A stretch of DNA of 64,000 nucleotides, taken from NCBI RefSeq assembly GCF_041956535.1, contig NW_027192196.1, positions 142,921 to 206,920 of the forward strand, in the 5' to 3' direction. The position numbers were made by a program, and so were the translations under genes. The DNA is from Calcarisporiella thermophila CBS 279.70 (Eukaryota > Fungi > Calcarisporiellomycota). Within the stretch, counting starts at the first letter, position 1; each line of letters starts with the position of its first letter. The notes below the pieces were generated by a model. The model searched no databases. It was not told the DNA's origin and worked only from the letters and a program-made list of their open reading frames with translations. This document shows positions 22,336-34,500 of this stretch, in pieces.

Positions 22336-23649
22336 ATGGCATCGATTAACTCCACAACTTCTGCAACTTATCTCCTTGAGCAATATCTTATTTGGATCGT
22401 AAAGGACATTGACAAATGGGCCAAATTTATTGCCCCCAATGCCATCGTTGAATTGCCATACGCTGAGACCATTGGGTTGCCGACGCGATTGGAAGGAATC
22501 GATTCTATCTACAATGCCATGCGAAATGCCATCAGCAACATGCATGGCGCTGAAATCAAAAACCTGCGTATTTTACCGGTGGAAGGGAAGAATGCCGCCA
22601 TCGGAGAATTTGAACTAGAGGCCACAAACTACCAGCAGCGTTACATATCTTATCTGGAGGCCAAGGATGGGCTGGTTACCTACTACAAGGGATATTTCAA
22701 TCCTATGAAGGTGGTTGAAGCATTTGGAGATTCTGTAGCCTCGGTTCAGAACAAAGCAATACCACGTGCTAAAATTGCAGTGGCAGGGCCGGCTGGTAAT
22801 ATCGGAAGGGTAGTGGCAGAGAAGCTTGTAGAAGCGGGTGTCCCAGTAGTTCTCCTGGGTCTCGAAAGGCACCGTGCCAGACTCAGTGACCTTATTGAGA
22901 AAGGCGCCCAGTTCGAGGTGGCGGGATTTGATGATGAAGAGGCATTGATTAAGGCACTACAAGGTTGTGATTCACTTTTTTGGCTCAGCCCACCTAACCC
23001 GACAGCCGAAAGCTTGGAAAAATGGTATCTATCTACTGCTAAGGCCGCAGCCCAGGCAATCAAGAAAAACGGCATCTCGCGTGTGGTTAATATTACAACT
23101 GTTGGGGTTGGAGCCAAACCAAACCTAGGTAACATTACGGTGTTGGCCGATGTGGAGAGAGTTTTGGATGAAGTGGCACCCAATGTTCTCCACTTGAGAC
23201 CGGGTTACTTCATGGAAAACCTCTTGTGGCAGAAAGACTCTCTCGCCAATGAGGGCGTGTTTCGACTCCCATTTCAGCTCGACCATGACATTCCCTGGAT
23301 CTCAACCGATGATATTGGTGTAGAAGCCGCCAAGTACTTGTTGGATCGTCACTGGGCAGGACACTGGACGAAGAATCTCATGGGGCCAGAAAATCTCACA
23401 TGTCCGCAGGTCGCCGATCGACTGTCGAAAGCTCTGAATCGCCCGATTACATATGAACAAATTCCCATTAGTGCTCTACAGGAGAGTTTGAAGGAAGATA
23501 CCCCTCAATGGATTGACGAAATTGTCACGATATACAAGTCCGTAGGCGACCCAGATGGAATCTATGCAACAGCGAGAACCCCCGAAGCAGCAACGCCTAC
23601 TACAATGAGTGAGTTTGCGTTGCGCAAGCTAAGCGATATCAAAAAATAA
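22336..23649 (+). CDS. SnoaL-like/NmrA-like fusion, copy 2
   Basis: 437-aa intact paralog of 5941-7254. Confidence 0.88.
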   Translation: MASINSTTSATYLLEQYLIWIVKDIDKWAKFIAPNAIVELPYAETIGLPTRLEGIDSIYNAMRNAISNMHGAEIKNLRILPVEGKNAAIGEFELEATNYQQRYISYLEAKDGLVTYYKGYFNPMKVVEAFGDSVASVQNKAIPRAKIAVAGPAGNIGRVVAEKLVEAGVPVVLLGLERHRARLSDLIEKGAQFEVAGFDDEEALIKALQGCDSLFWLSPPNPTAESLEKWYLSTAKAAAQAIKKNGISRVVNITTVGVGAKPNLGNITVLADVERVLDEVAPNVLHLRPGYFMENLLWQKDSLANEGVFRLPFQLDHDIPWISTDDIGVEAAKYLLDRHWAGHWTKNLMGPENLTCPQVADRLSKALNRPITYEQIPISALQESLKEDTPQWIDEIVTIYKSVGDPDGIYATARTPEAATPTTMSEFALRKLSDIKK

Positions 23650-24762
23650 ACGTGGAACTTTGGCCTTATGGCTTCAATGCTTTTTAATATCTCTCTTTAG
23701 AGTAGCCTTTGAACCCTCTTTGTCTCTATCTGTCTCTTCATATTATAATATCATTTTAAATTCATTTGGGAAAATTCACCTCTAAGATGTTTACTGAGAA
23801 CCATAGTTTAGATTTGTATGACATCCGACACTCTACAAATTTTGTGTCTATTTTCAATATCTATCTAACTAGATATCAGATTAGCTCATGGTAAATCGAT
23901 ATTTATTGTCAATTTTCCTCCAATTTCAAAATATCTCGATCCGGGCAGAGATCGTCGATGCCTCGGGTGTTTTTCCTATCAATTATCCTAGCTTTTTCCT
24001 GTGAGGAATATAACGCTGCTTCTTTGCATTGAGCCCTTGGATAACTTATTTTTAATAACTGCAATAAAATGGACATTGAGGCTGAAGAACGAACTGGCTG
24101 CCATATAAACATGTGAAAGACCTGACTAAATATTGATACATCGGCGCAAGATAACATTCCATTCCATGTAAACACTAGCTCTACCCGGCTATTTCTGCTT
24201 TAATCTCTTCCATTGACATGCAGCCGAGACATAGCTGAACATATGCAGCTATTTTCAATCAACATAGTACGACGCATTTTCGCATCATTCTGAAGTCGAA
24301 CGATGCGCCATTACTGGACTTACACGTGCTGCGAATGCTGTTAAGAGATCGGATAAGTGGGATGTAATGGAAATCATAAGAGAGATAGAAACATATTGGC
24401 TATTGTATTTGTCGATACTTGCTAGAGCGAGAATCGAGGCCGATCCCGGCTACTTTATGTTGGCTGGCACCTAACGTCTTGGCACGCTGCGGGCCTATGG
24501 TTGCAAACTCTATCCCTAACGTTTTCGAGTCATCAATAGCAGGCTAGTGGTTGGTGTAACTGTGCGGCAAAGCCCCCAGCTCCGGCCAGAAATTAGAGAG
24601 TGGGCTCGGTGGTTACACACTAACATAAGTAGGCCGGGTCAGGCAGCTATTTTTTGCCTTTGTGTTAATCCTGTGTTTTGCTCCCGCTTGCTTTCTTCTC
24701 TCCTCGATCCTCTGCGCATTGCCGCCTGCTCCGCCTCATCTGCTCAGAAAAATCCGGCGGCC

Positions 24763-25200
24763 ATGCTTCCTAGATCGATCCTGATTCTCCTTCTCGCCCT
24801 CCTTTCCTTGTCCATTGTCTCCGCGCAGGCAATCGAGGCTTTGCCAGAGGACACCGCCATCCTTGCTGATGAAAGCGGATTAGAGCAAGCGCAGACCGAA
24901 AATAGCTCGAGCGTCTCTTCCTCGGAATCGGTCGCTCCCTCAGGAAACAACAACACGGCTATTGCCGTCATCTCGGGGGCCACTGACAAATCATGCGCCG
25001 TGTCCGGTATCACTGGATGCCGGCCTCTCGCTGAAAACTGCCAATTTCCAATCACTGCAGTAACTGTCTCCCCTCCGGATTCCGAGGTCCGATTCTACAA
25101 AGACGACAAGTGTTTTGATCTTCTGACCACCGTGACCGGCGATCAGAACAATCTTGCAGATTTCATTGCCGGCTCAATAGAGATCTTTGCGGCTATCTAA
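24763..25200 (+). CDS. Small secreted protein: signal peptide, Ser/Glu-rich linker, 4-Cys C-terminal domain
   Basis: MLPRSILILLLALLSLSIVSAQA signal-like N-terminus; GCCATG start context. Confidence 0.75.
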   Translation: MLPRSILILLLALLSLSIVSAQAIEALPEDTAILADESGLEQAQTENSSSVSSSESVAPSGNNNTAIAVISGATDKSCAVSGITGCRPLAENCQFPITAVTVSPPDSEVRFYKDDKCFDLLTTVTGDQNNLADFIAGSIEIFAAI

Positions 25201-26224
25201 CTCGCGAGTTTGGAGCAAGCTAGACTTTTAACCTAGAGTCATTCCCCCCTCTTTTCGTACATTTATTCCCAAATAAATGGATATCCTATAACTTCCCGCC
25301 TCTTTTCATTGATTACTGGTCTATTTAAATTGGAGCCCTGCTTAATCGTTTGGTCAGAGTTTCACTGTTTTCGTTGCCTCTTTTATTTCCCCATATTTGC
25401 TTTTTTTCTCTAATGTGTCTTGCGTTAATGTTTGCTCTATTGTTCGTTTCCTGCCTATTAACACTTGGAATAATATACAACGAGGATAGTATTTGCCTTA
25501 GTTCTGGATGGAATTTACTGGGATTTGGTGCACGCTACCCAGCAAAAGGGATGGAAAATGTCGCCTTATCCAGGGTAGGATTTGGTGCATATACGTATGA
25601 ATACCCTAACAACACCTTCTATTCCTTCGCCTATCTGAAGTATATCCACAGACTGAAATAGTCGTGAATACGTCATCATCCGTGTCATAGATAATGCGAC
25701 GTGAGGCTGCTTCAGTGATTGGAGGCCAAGGAGAAGGATCCTCGACGGGATGGCCATTTTCATTAGTTTCGGGATTCGGTACTTCCGTGACAGCGGCGGT
25801 TTGTTTGTAGAGTGAATTGGGATAGTCGATGAGTTGAAGAGGGAGCACAGACTTGGCCTGCGGGTTTTGTCCGTTTTGTACCACCGGCCGACAATTTCTG
25901 CATTTGATCGGTTACAGGCTGGGCAATTTCTTCAGGTGGTTGGTGCACTGGCGGCTTTGTTCTTAATTCCTATAGTTTCGCCTCTCCCTCTTTACCCGGG
26001 GCAGAGTGTGTATCCACTGCGGGTTAGCATTTTTTTTTTCCTTTTCTAAGCTCCTCAATAAAGCCAGCATTTTTCTCGTTCGTTTTTCCTTACTTTGTTT
26101 CCAGTATTTGCATTCTCATCAGCATTCTCATTCATCCTGCTTCCTTCCTTGGAACCGTTCAGGAAACGGTCAAAGGAATTCATTTCTGTTCTACCAACTT
26201 TCCTTTAAGTCCTGATACATCCTG

Positions 26225-29200
26225 ATGATACCGCGGCTATCGTTATTGCGGGGGCTTATCCCGCCCTTGCTGTTGTGTATCATCCTCCACTTCCACTTCG
26301 CCTTTGGCGCGTTGAGACGAGGAGGTCTCACGGGGTCTGCCCTTAAGGACGCTCTACCCCCCGTGAGAAACATTGAGCCGAACTCGACTCTCACTTCCGA
26401 TGGAAAAGTCAAAATAAAGTTGGGAGTGCTTCTCCCCTTCAAAACCAACAATGCCTATTTCCGCCCGCATATCAGCACGGCGTTCTCCGCTATCCAGCTG
26501 GCGCTGAATGATATCCAGAATGAGCAAGTGATTCCTGGCGCACAGGTATCCATTATACCCATGACGACCTCTTTGAATGATCAAGCCACCGCCATGCTCA
26601 CGTCCTTGTCAGTTCTGGAGCAAGGCGTGACGGGAGTGATTGGCGATTTCAAAAGTGACTCCACGGCCGTAAGCGCCATGCTAAGTTCGCACTACGGAGT
26701 GCCTCAGTGCTCGTTCTCTGCCATGTCGGACGATCTTAGAAAGCCGCAGTTTTCGCACCTATTCCGCACTATCCCCACTGCGACCACCAAGATCAGATCC
26801 ATCCTGGGCTTCATCAAAAGCAATGGCTGGACACGATTTGGGATTCTTTATGAGGATGATCCGCTCGATAATCTAAGTAAGCAATTAAAATAGGGATAAT
26901 GTTATATTCTAGTCCAACAGGTGGTTGACCCGAACTTTCGCTATAATAGTGGCAAATTACATGGCCCAGGCTGCCGCCAAAGAGGGACTTGAGGTCGCAT
27001 GTGACGAGATCTTTCACGTCAACGGCAAAGAGGATACCGATCTCGCTTTGAAACGTATTAAAAAGCATGACGTTCGTATCCTAGTCTTGCTCTCGAAATT
27101 TGAAAGTCTTGTGAAAACAATAGACACCATCAAGTAAGCCTAGTAATCGAAGTATGACTTGAGATGAGTGAACTAACACGCACGCTGTCTACATTAGGGA
27201 ACGTGGGTTGTTTGATAGAGACCACGTGTTCATCACGACACGAACGTACAATTTCCGCGATATAGCAATGAAAAAATGGAACGATCCTACCGCCTATGAT
27301 GGCATGATACTAGTGCAATCATGGCAGCGTCGTGAGGATTCACCTGCCTATCTCTCTTTTATCAACAAGTAATGCAGTTGCTCATTTTAGCTAGTCATTC
27401 TTTTATGATGACTAATCGCCTTATGCCTGCTTAGGTGGAAGACAATGAACCACACGGAATATCCCGACTTGGATCCAACTCAGCTCATTTATTACGAGGC
27501 CTATGCGTATACTTGTGCCATGGCAATGGCACATGGATTCAACAGTCTTGTTTCCAATATTACAGCACAGAATGCATCTGTGTCACGTCAAGAAGCACTC
27601 ATCCAGCTTGCTACCGGAAAACTAGGGAGTAAACTCACTCCGAGTGCATTTAACACCGGATACGTCGGGCCATCCGGGCCCGCGAGTTTCGATGAACGCG
27701 GTGACCCTCTTTTCTGGTCACAAGCCTTCTACTATGTGAAGGACGGCCAGCCCATCATGTTTGCCAACATGGATAGCGAGAAAAACATGACCTTCTCTGC
27801 GAAGCCAGTCTTTAGATCGGGCGCGCTAACAGTTTCGGATACAGCTTCGACTACCCGTAAGTGACAGAGCCATCTCCAACGAGAAAAAAAAAGTTAAAAC
27901 ATATATCTTTGCTACTGGATAGCTGCTAATCCACGGCTACCCGATCCCGGAGTCATTATCATCATTGCACTTAATGGGCTGGGCATGTTTATCTCCTTGG
28001 TATTCATCGCTATTGTTATTTGGAAAAAGGACAACCCAATCATCCGGACCGGGAGGTAAGCTATTATTTCTGCCTTTTTTTTATTGCCAGGTTAACCATC
28101 GTATACATCAAAATCTAGTCCACTTTTCCAATGTATCCAGCTGCTCGGTATTATACTTTTGTTTGCAGGAGGACTTTTCTTTATTGGACTGCCTTCGATG
28201 TCTTGTTGCCGCCTGCGACCGGCGGCGTGGAGTCTGGGGATGCTTCTTCTTGTGGAGTAAGTTTAAATAGGCCGCGTTCCTCATCTCTTTTCCCATCTCT
28301 AACGGGCAACTACTGATAGGACGATGATTGCCAAGAATTACCGCCTGTACCGCATCTTCAACAACCCTTACGCGATGCGCAAAGGGATTCCCGACTGGCA
28401 GCTGCTAAAGCTCTCTGGAGTGCTTACTGCCATCGGTCTCGTTATCCTTGTTCTCTCCCTTGCGCTCGACCGCCCGGCCTTGGTTGCAAATCCCATGGGC
28501 AACCAACAGCACGAGCTAGCCTGTCTATCCTCTCCTATCACAAATATCCTTCGCATCATTCTTGTCGTGTACATCCTAATCCAGATGGTCATTGCCCTGA
28601 TGATAGTCTTCCGGGTTAGAAACATCAGAAAGAGTTGGAATGAAACTCGCCAGGCCGGCCTGGCCATCTGTAATATCTTCTTCCTCTTTCTGGTGGGAGT
28701 GTTTGCTCGCCTTATTCCTTCCTATGGCTTCATTGCGCAATTCTATATCCTTCAAGCGGTGAGCTTCTTTAGCGGCGTGATCGCCCTAGTCTTTCTGTTT
28801 GTGCCCCGTATTGTCGCCCTCTTTTCACGCAAACACAAGGACAAAGCCATGAGCGCTATGACAATAAGCATGGTCAACTCGAGTTTCAGCGGGGAGCACC
28901 CGGACTCCATCTTGCTGCGTGGATTGGATGTACACCGGCTAACGGGGGCTGGCGCATTTGGTATGTTAGACAGCAAACATCGCGAGTTGACGACCTTCGC
29001 CGGGGTGCTTCCTGTATCCGTAAGGCATAAACTGTGGAAGGCGCTAAGTGTGTGGAACATCGCACGGGTGCTAGTTATCCCAGAATTGCGCTATTTCATC
29101 CTGATTGATGTAAGTAGTTTTGGCCTGACCTATTCTCGCCTTTCTCTCTGAATCCATTGCTAATCCATTTTACCGTCCAGTCTGACACAGACCGTGCCTC

Positions 29201-29450
29201 GACCTACTGGTACAAGCGTGCGCGACCTATTCATAAACAGCCGGACGCCTTTTTGATATCTCTCGAGTGCAAGGGTGCACACCATTTCCTCTTTCAAGTG
29301 GAGAGTGAGGAGCGCATGAATGACTGGGTCTCGCTATTCAACCAACCCGCACGGGCTCCCACGATGTTCCAGATGCAGCGGCTGCCCACCCTGCCGATTC
29401 CCCAGAGTTTTGTACCCGCACCCCCCTCGTCTCGGGGTGACACGATATGA
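26225..29450 (+). CDS. Class C (GABA-B/mGluR-like) GPCR: Venus-flytrap/ANF domain, 7TM_3 and a C-terminal PH-like domain; 8 exons
   Basis: Signal peptide, IKLGVLLP, GVIGDFKS, PQCSFSA, LFRTIP; TM1...KKDNPIIRTGSPLF, AKNYRLYRIF, WNETRQ, LFVPRI. GT-AG introns at 26877-26949, 27134-27197, 27369-27434, 27857-27922 and about 28056, 28257, 29110 keep the frame. Confidence 0.85.
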
Positions 29451-30599
29451 CCCTCCATTACATCTTAGTCTATTTATACACCTCCGTCTATTTATTTCAG
29501 CTCTTTGGCTTTGTATATACACCTTCATTTGGTCCTTTCTCTTGTGCATTTTTTCTTATTTCATGTGCATTTTGCATTTTTTTGCCATTTATTCGCAATA
29601 ATATCAACAAGTTTATTATCGAAATTGTCTTCAATACTAGAACAATTTTGAAAAAAAAAAGAAACAGAGTGGCGATTATAGCCGGGGCCACGTATATGAG
29701 GAATCCTCCCTCTATAGACTCTTTGAATATGGCCCCTTGGATTTAGCCTCGAGCAGTGGAGGTTGCGCCGTATCCAGCTTGCACCGCCCCAGGAACAACC
29801 TGTACTTGATCCTGGGGAACAATGGCGTATGGCAAACCTAAGTTCAGAGAAGAATATCAATCATATCATCCGAGCGGTTGTGTCATTGGCTACCAAAGCT
29901 ACTTGCCTCCCTCATCAATGATCTCTACATAATCCCGATGCTTGTGTATAATATAAAAGGCGTGGATGACTCCGGGCCTAACAACAAAAATATTCATGAA
30001 AATACAGAGATACAGTATACGCTTTTAGGCTATTACATACAAATGGCCCAGAATACTCAATGCAATGTTAATGAGTAGATCAACGCTGCATCCAGTCTTA
30101 ATCAGAACAGAAATGTAGGGGAAGAAGATGGCGAGGAAAAAGCAAAGGATATCTCGAGACGTGTAGACTGACATTATAGTTCACAAGTGCTTATGGAAAA
30201 AAATGATTCTCTTTAACTGCCTGGATTCTCTTCAATTAGTAGCTTTAGCGTGACGAAAAAAACCTCAATGGAGCGAAAAGTCTTGGCCCAAGGGCATAAC
30301 GGAGAAAAAAAAGTGGCAGTCACATAGAAGAGGTTCCGTATAAAGTTGCCGTGACTCCACATTCTGGTTTGGGTCAGAAATCAAATAAAATATATTTGAT
30401 TGATAATATTATAATCGGTAGTAGTTGAGGATTAGTGAGAGAGGAGACTCCAGTTTTCGGGCTTACTTTGCAAAACACACCACATCATTAGGTTGCTGCC
30501 CACATTAAAGTTTACTACATAATGTCCTTTTACAATTAATTAAATAAATCTTATACCTCTAATCCCTTTTGGATAGCAAATATACGACATTTTAGAGCA

Positions 30600-31379
30600 T
30601 TCCGAGATTGACAGCACTATAGATTCTTTCTTTATTTATCAATGGGTAATGGCACAGAACAATTTTCCGCGAGCAGAAGAATATATTACATATTGTATAT
30701 TCAAGCAAATCTTCAGATGGACAAAATACACCGGCCATAGCAAAGCAAGGTACAGTAGATAATGGAGGCAAAGTGTGATATACATGTCCATCTTTTCATG
30801 CATGGTGGTGCTGGTGATGGTGATGGGGGTAATCTGGCAAAGTTTATCTACGAAAAATCTTTGTTCACGTTTCATACAAGTTGCGGGTGAAGCATAAGAT
30901 CTTACCTACCTAACGAAGCTTGCGTTTTTTACGCGCGTGATCATATTCGTAGTGCTCTATTAAACTATTATCGCTCTTGAAAGTTAATTTGCATTTGGGG
31001 CATTCGATTTCCTCATTGTCTGACGTTCCCGATGAAGACTGTGAGGAATCCTGTAGTCCATCCATACACAAGCTTGAGCATTTTGTATTGTAAGAAATGA
31101 CAAACATAACAAAACATACCTGCGAGAGGATATGCTCCATAACCATAATATCTAATGTGAATTCTGGTAATACATCCCCACCCGTAACGTCCCTCCACCC
31201 ATGATTATGGCGGCGAATAGATCCACTGACCGTTCTCTTGAATGTATAAATACTTTTATTTACCGGATCTATTAACCACCCTAGCTCTACACCCGCTGGA
31301 AAATATTCTTCTTTGAATTTATTGGTAAGTTCCGAAAGCTTCGATCTAAGAGTGAGATCCTCGACTTCAACGACAAAAG
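30600..31379 (-). pseudogene. 5'-truncated duplicate of the Uma2-C2H2 gene with its 3' flank
   Basis: Colinear with about 55315-56088, including the intron and the CPKC...H...H exon; lacks the N-terminal half with the catalytic PD. Confidence 0.88.
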
Positions 31380-31520
31380 TTCTCTGTTTCTGCGATTTTT
31401 TGTGGAAACTCTTATATTGAAATCAAAAGGTACACGGAAAATAAATATCAGCATAACATAAATAAACGATATAGGCAGCACATAGCATGACAATAAAAGT
31501 TGGAAATAACATAGTAAGCA

Positions 31521-34500
31521 TCAAGCTTCAGCGACTAATTCACGTCGCGAAGAGGGTAAAGTTACTTGTATATCATCTGCGAGAGAGACTGCATATAGGT
31601 TGTTAGACTCAGTGAAGCACGGGCTTATTTCCAAGAATACCAATGTACCTTTTAAACGCGAGCGAAGATCGTTCAGTTCCGGTACAGTGCGCTCGAAATG
31701 TCGCTATAAAGATGACAATGAATTTTGATATCCTACGGGCTCACTTTGATAAACAGAATACTCACTCCCATTTCGGTTGACAACCGCGGCACTATATTAT
31801 CCAGTACAAAACCAATGTTATTCATTAGCACGAAAATCTATATGGGGGGTCAAGTATATTTAGCCGTAAGCATCATCCTTATTGTAGTCTGTTTTTCAAG
31901 TTCTTTTTACCTGCTCCTCTCTCAAGTTCTTTTCTTGTTTATCACGTAACAAATGCTCAATGTAGCGCTCGACAAGCTTAATGGCGCTCGAAACCGCTTT
32001 TTCGTAGATCTATATCCCAAAATTTAGTTAGACAGAACTGTCATCACATGGACGCAAAGAAGGGTCCCCTTACACATGGCCTTGCTAAAGAGCAGATATC
32101 TTTCACAAATTGTATGGCGATATTGTAGAATTTCACCGCTGAGCCGCTCATCTTCAGCCCATTGCCAAATACCTGCGAGGAGATGATGGCATAGTCTTCG
32201 CGAGCAAGTGCTTTACCGAGATTTTCAAGAGCAGTGGCACGTTGGAGATCGACAAGATGAATGAGATCGTCCGTGATAAGATGGATGAAGAGGAAATTCA
32301 AATCAAGCCCGATATCCTCCAGCTAATTTAAAGTCGCGCACACCGGGACAGGTTCGAGTAAGTATTGACTTTCTATAGTGAGATATTGAACGTCACTTAC
32401 CATAGCGCAGTATTTTTCAGTGTGATCAACACACGCTCGCACTAGCTGCACATCCTTCTGTGCGCCGCCTAGAAACACCTGCTTCTTAAAAATAGCAGCA
32501 AAAGTTTCGATTTCTTTTTTCACCCATCGTATCAGCACTATAAATAAAGGGAAGACGTTCAACAACCTCGATTGCGGCAGAGTCCATATCAAAAAACAAT
32601 GTAGTTAATTACCTGAATTTGCAACCTCCTCCTCAAAATACTCGACAAACTTCTGGCACGTACTTTTCACTAATGTAAACACCACCAAGGACAGATCATG
32701 GATATAGCTGGTTATGTTTCCATCAAATGGCAGCTGAGTGACACGCTGATGAATCAGTGAGCTCTTGGTTGCAAGAATAATCTCGCAAGCCATCTCCTGT
32801 AGGTCGAGCCGAATAAGATACTCGATCAGCTGATTCATTCGCTCAGTTATAAGGCGTGGATTTCGTAGGTCGTGGCATATGGCCTGGGAGAGAGCTGAGG
32901 TCTGGCGTTCAATGCTAGCTTGAAGACCAGTTGGCCCTCTTGTGTCATCCTTTTCTGAGCATGCGAGCAACTTTTTGGCGTCCACTAGCAGCTCAACGGC
33001 CTGTACATATTCTTTGTGGGCGACTAGGACATCCATATCGTCGATCTTGTCGACCATCCGCTTAATTTCGTCAGCAGTGGGAACATAGCTTGTTTCTTCG
33101 GACTTAGCTGCTCTACTCCCATTCAGCATGATGTCACCAACAGATCCCTTCCGATACGCCTCATTCTCGACCAATTCCTGCGCTTTCCGATTCTTCTTGA
33201 TCAAGTCTTCGGTAGCACGCTTAATCATTACCATTAGTCCCGCCTTCTCCTCTGGCCTTGTTGCTTGATACATCCATTCCTCGCCAACTTTCCCCCTCTC
33301 CCTCCCCCCGGCTACCAAAATTCGAAAGGCATTGACCACTTCCGAAGAGTCTTTAACGTCTACCAGTGCAATGTCTTCCAAACCCCAGCACTGATCAGCA
33401 ACGAGTTTATGCTTGGCTGATTTGTATCTCCGCTTGCGAGTTGCAACAAGAAGGCTATCGCTGAGCAGAATGAGATGGACTGCTTGTTTGACCTTAAATG
33501 TGTTTGAGTGTAACTCAAGGAAAGCAGAGGATTCACGAATAACATGACGCTCGGGATTATAAGGAAGGAGTTTCTGGAAATAACAAACAAAATAATGAAA
33601 CAAGGGAAAGTAAAATCATGAGACATCCGATCGTAGACTATGCAAAAAAAAAAAAGCGTACCTGTGAACCTTCAACTCCCTGCCATAGAGCAGCCATCTG
33701 CGCTTTCCATACGGATCGCATATCTTTGGTGCCTTTGGTTTTTCTGCCTGGCAGGATCGTGGTGGAGAGAGCACTCATATCTACACGATAATTAAAAAAT
33801 AGGATTAGCCTGGTTGAAAACAAGATATGACATGGAAATCCTAGTTGTGGCGATGTTTACCAGCCATGGGGGATACTGTATCACTGTCTTCTATCAAGGC
33901 CTCTGTGGTTCCTTGCAATTCCTCCAACATCCCACGTAAGGTCAGGATATCGGATTCCAGGCTTGAGATCTCTTTGGATATAATGACAAACTCATCATAG
34001 TTGTCAAAAACATCACGTTGAAGATCTCGCCCGATCTGTTGCTTTGCGTTGGTAAGCGCACTGAAAAGATTGCGCGCATCGATGTCATCTCCTATGTTGA
34101 GCACCGATTGGAGGTCTAAATGGAGTAGCATGATTAATGGCCATTATTATCAATTATCAGTCAAAATCGATTGTATATTTACATTCATCTGGGTTGAAAT
34201 CTGGTGATGACAATATTCTCAAGTCCAACTTTACACCTCCGCGTTGCGTTCTTGGTATACTCGGCTTTTCACTCCTTGCCTTGTTTTCTTCACGGATAGA
34301 GGAGGATGGCTTTGGTGCCTGCGAAGCAGGAGGTTTAGTACCAGCAGAAGCACTGGGAGGTTTTCTTTCCAGAGCTTTACGATCCTCGGATCCTCTCCTC
34401 TTGGTCTGACGTGAAAGTTGGGGCTCCGGTGGGGAGGCAATGGATGACGGCGGCGACTTTACCTCGTCCCGCAAGGAATTTCGAGCCTGTTTCTCTGGGC

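Noticed and set aside
1-23700. Bacterial contamination as an explanation for the intronless genes
   Set aside because: The genes are interleaved with eukaryotic TEs (DIRS, Tc1, LTR), have TATA boxes, and after the gap are contiguous with intron-containing fungal genes.
25350-26050. Short overlapping ORFs upstream of the GPCR (similar ones at 23900-24400 and 29700-30200)
   Set aside because: No recognisable domain or consistent frame; possibly decayed relics, but unsupported.
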